DNA of 64,000 bases from Mobula hypostoma (taxonomy: Eukaryota): assembly GCF_963921235.1 (NCBI RefSeq), contig NC_086097.1, positions 11,098,001 through 11,162,000 on the forward strand, given 5' to 3'. The first letter of the stretch is position 1. Every line of letters begins with the position of its first letter. Below, in pieces: positions 63,901 to 64,000 of the stretch. The notes beneath the pieces were generated by a model. That model was given only the letters and a program-made list of their open reading frames with translations, was not told the DNA's origin and searched no databases. Made by a program: the position numbers and the translations under genes.

Positions 63901-64000
63901 ACAGTAGGTTTCAATGTGATGCCTCTTCATTCTTCTAAACTCCAACAAGTACAGTCCCAATAGACTGTAGACATGAGGGCATTTCCCAATATCCACCTGC

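Overview
This is a repeat-saturated, AT-rich vertebrate intergenic or intronic window. The repeat repertoire (V-domain/HE1-like SINEs, DeuSINEs, CR1, Rex1/Babar, RTE, L2, Penelope GIY-YIG fragments, Tc1) points to a cartilaginous fish, probably a ray (inference). No host protein-coding gene can be supported: the ORFs are decayed transposon fragments, microsatellite or minisatellite artefacts, or chance. There is no CRISPR array, rRNA or true tRNA. Main points of interest: (1) about ten decayed copies of a minimal type I hammerhead ribozyme motif carried by a Penelope-derived element that leaves short, often hairpin-shaped insertions with 10-12 bp TSDs, plus a possible second hammerhead family in an inverted repeat; (2) two degenerate ~23-bp arrays in inverted orientation ~5-6 kb apart; (3) an R4/Dong-like REL-endonuclease retrotransposon fragment inside a three-level nest; (4) two solo LTRs with perfect TSDs and one rearranged Gypsy remnant; (5) a few CpG-retaining unique segments that may be exons or conserved non-coding elements. 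All coordinates were read by eye. They are approximate unless a TSD or terminal motif is quoted.
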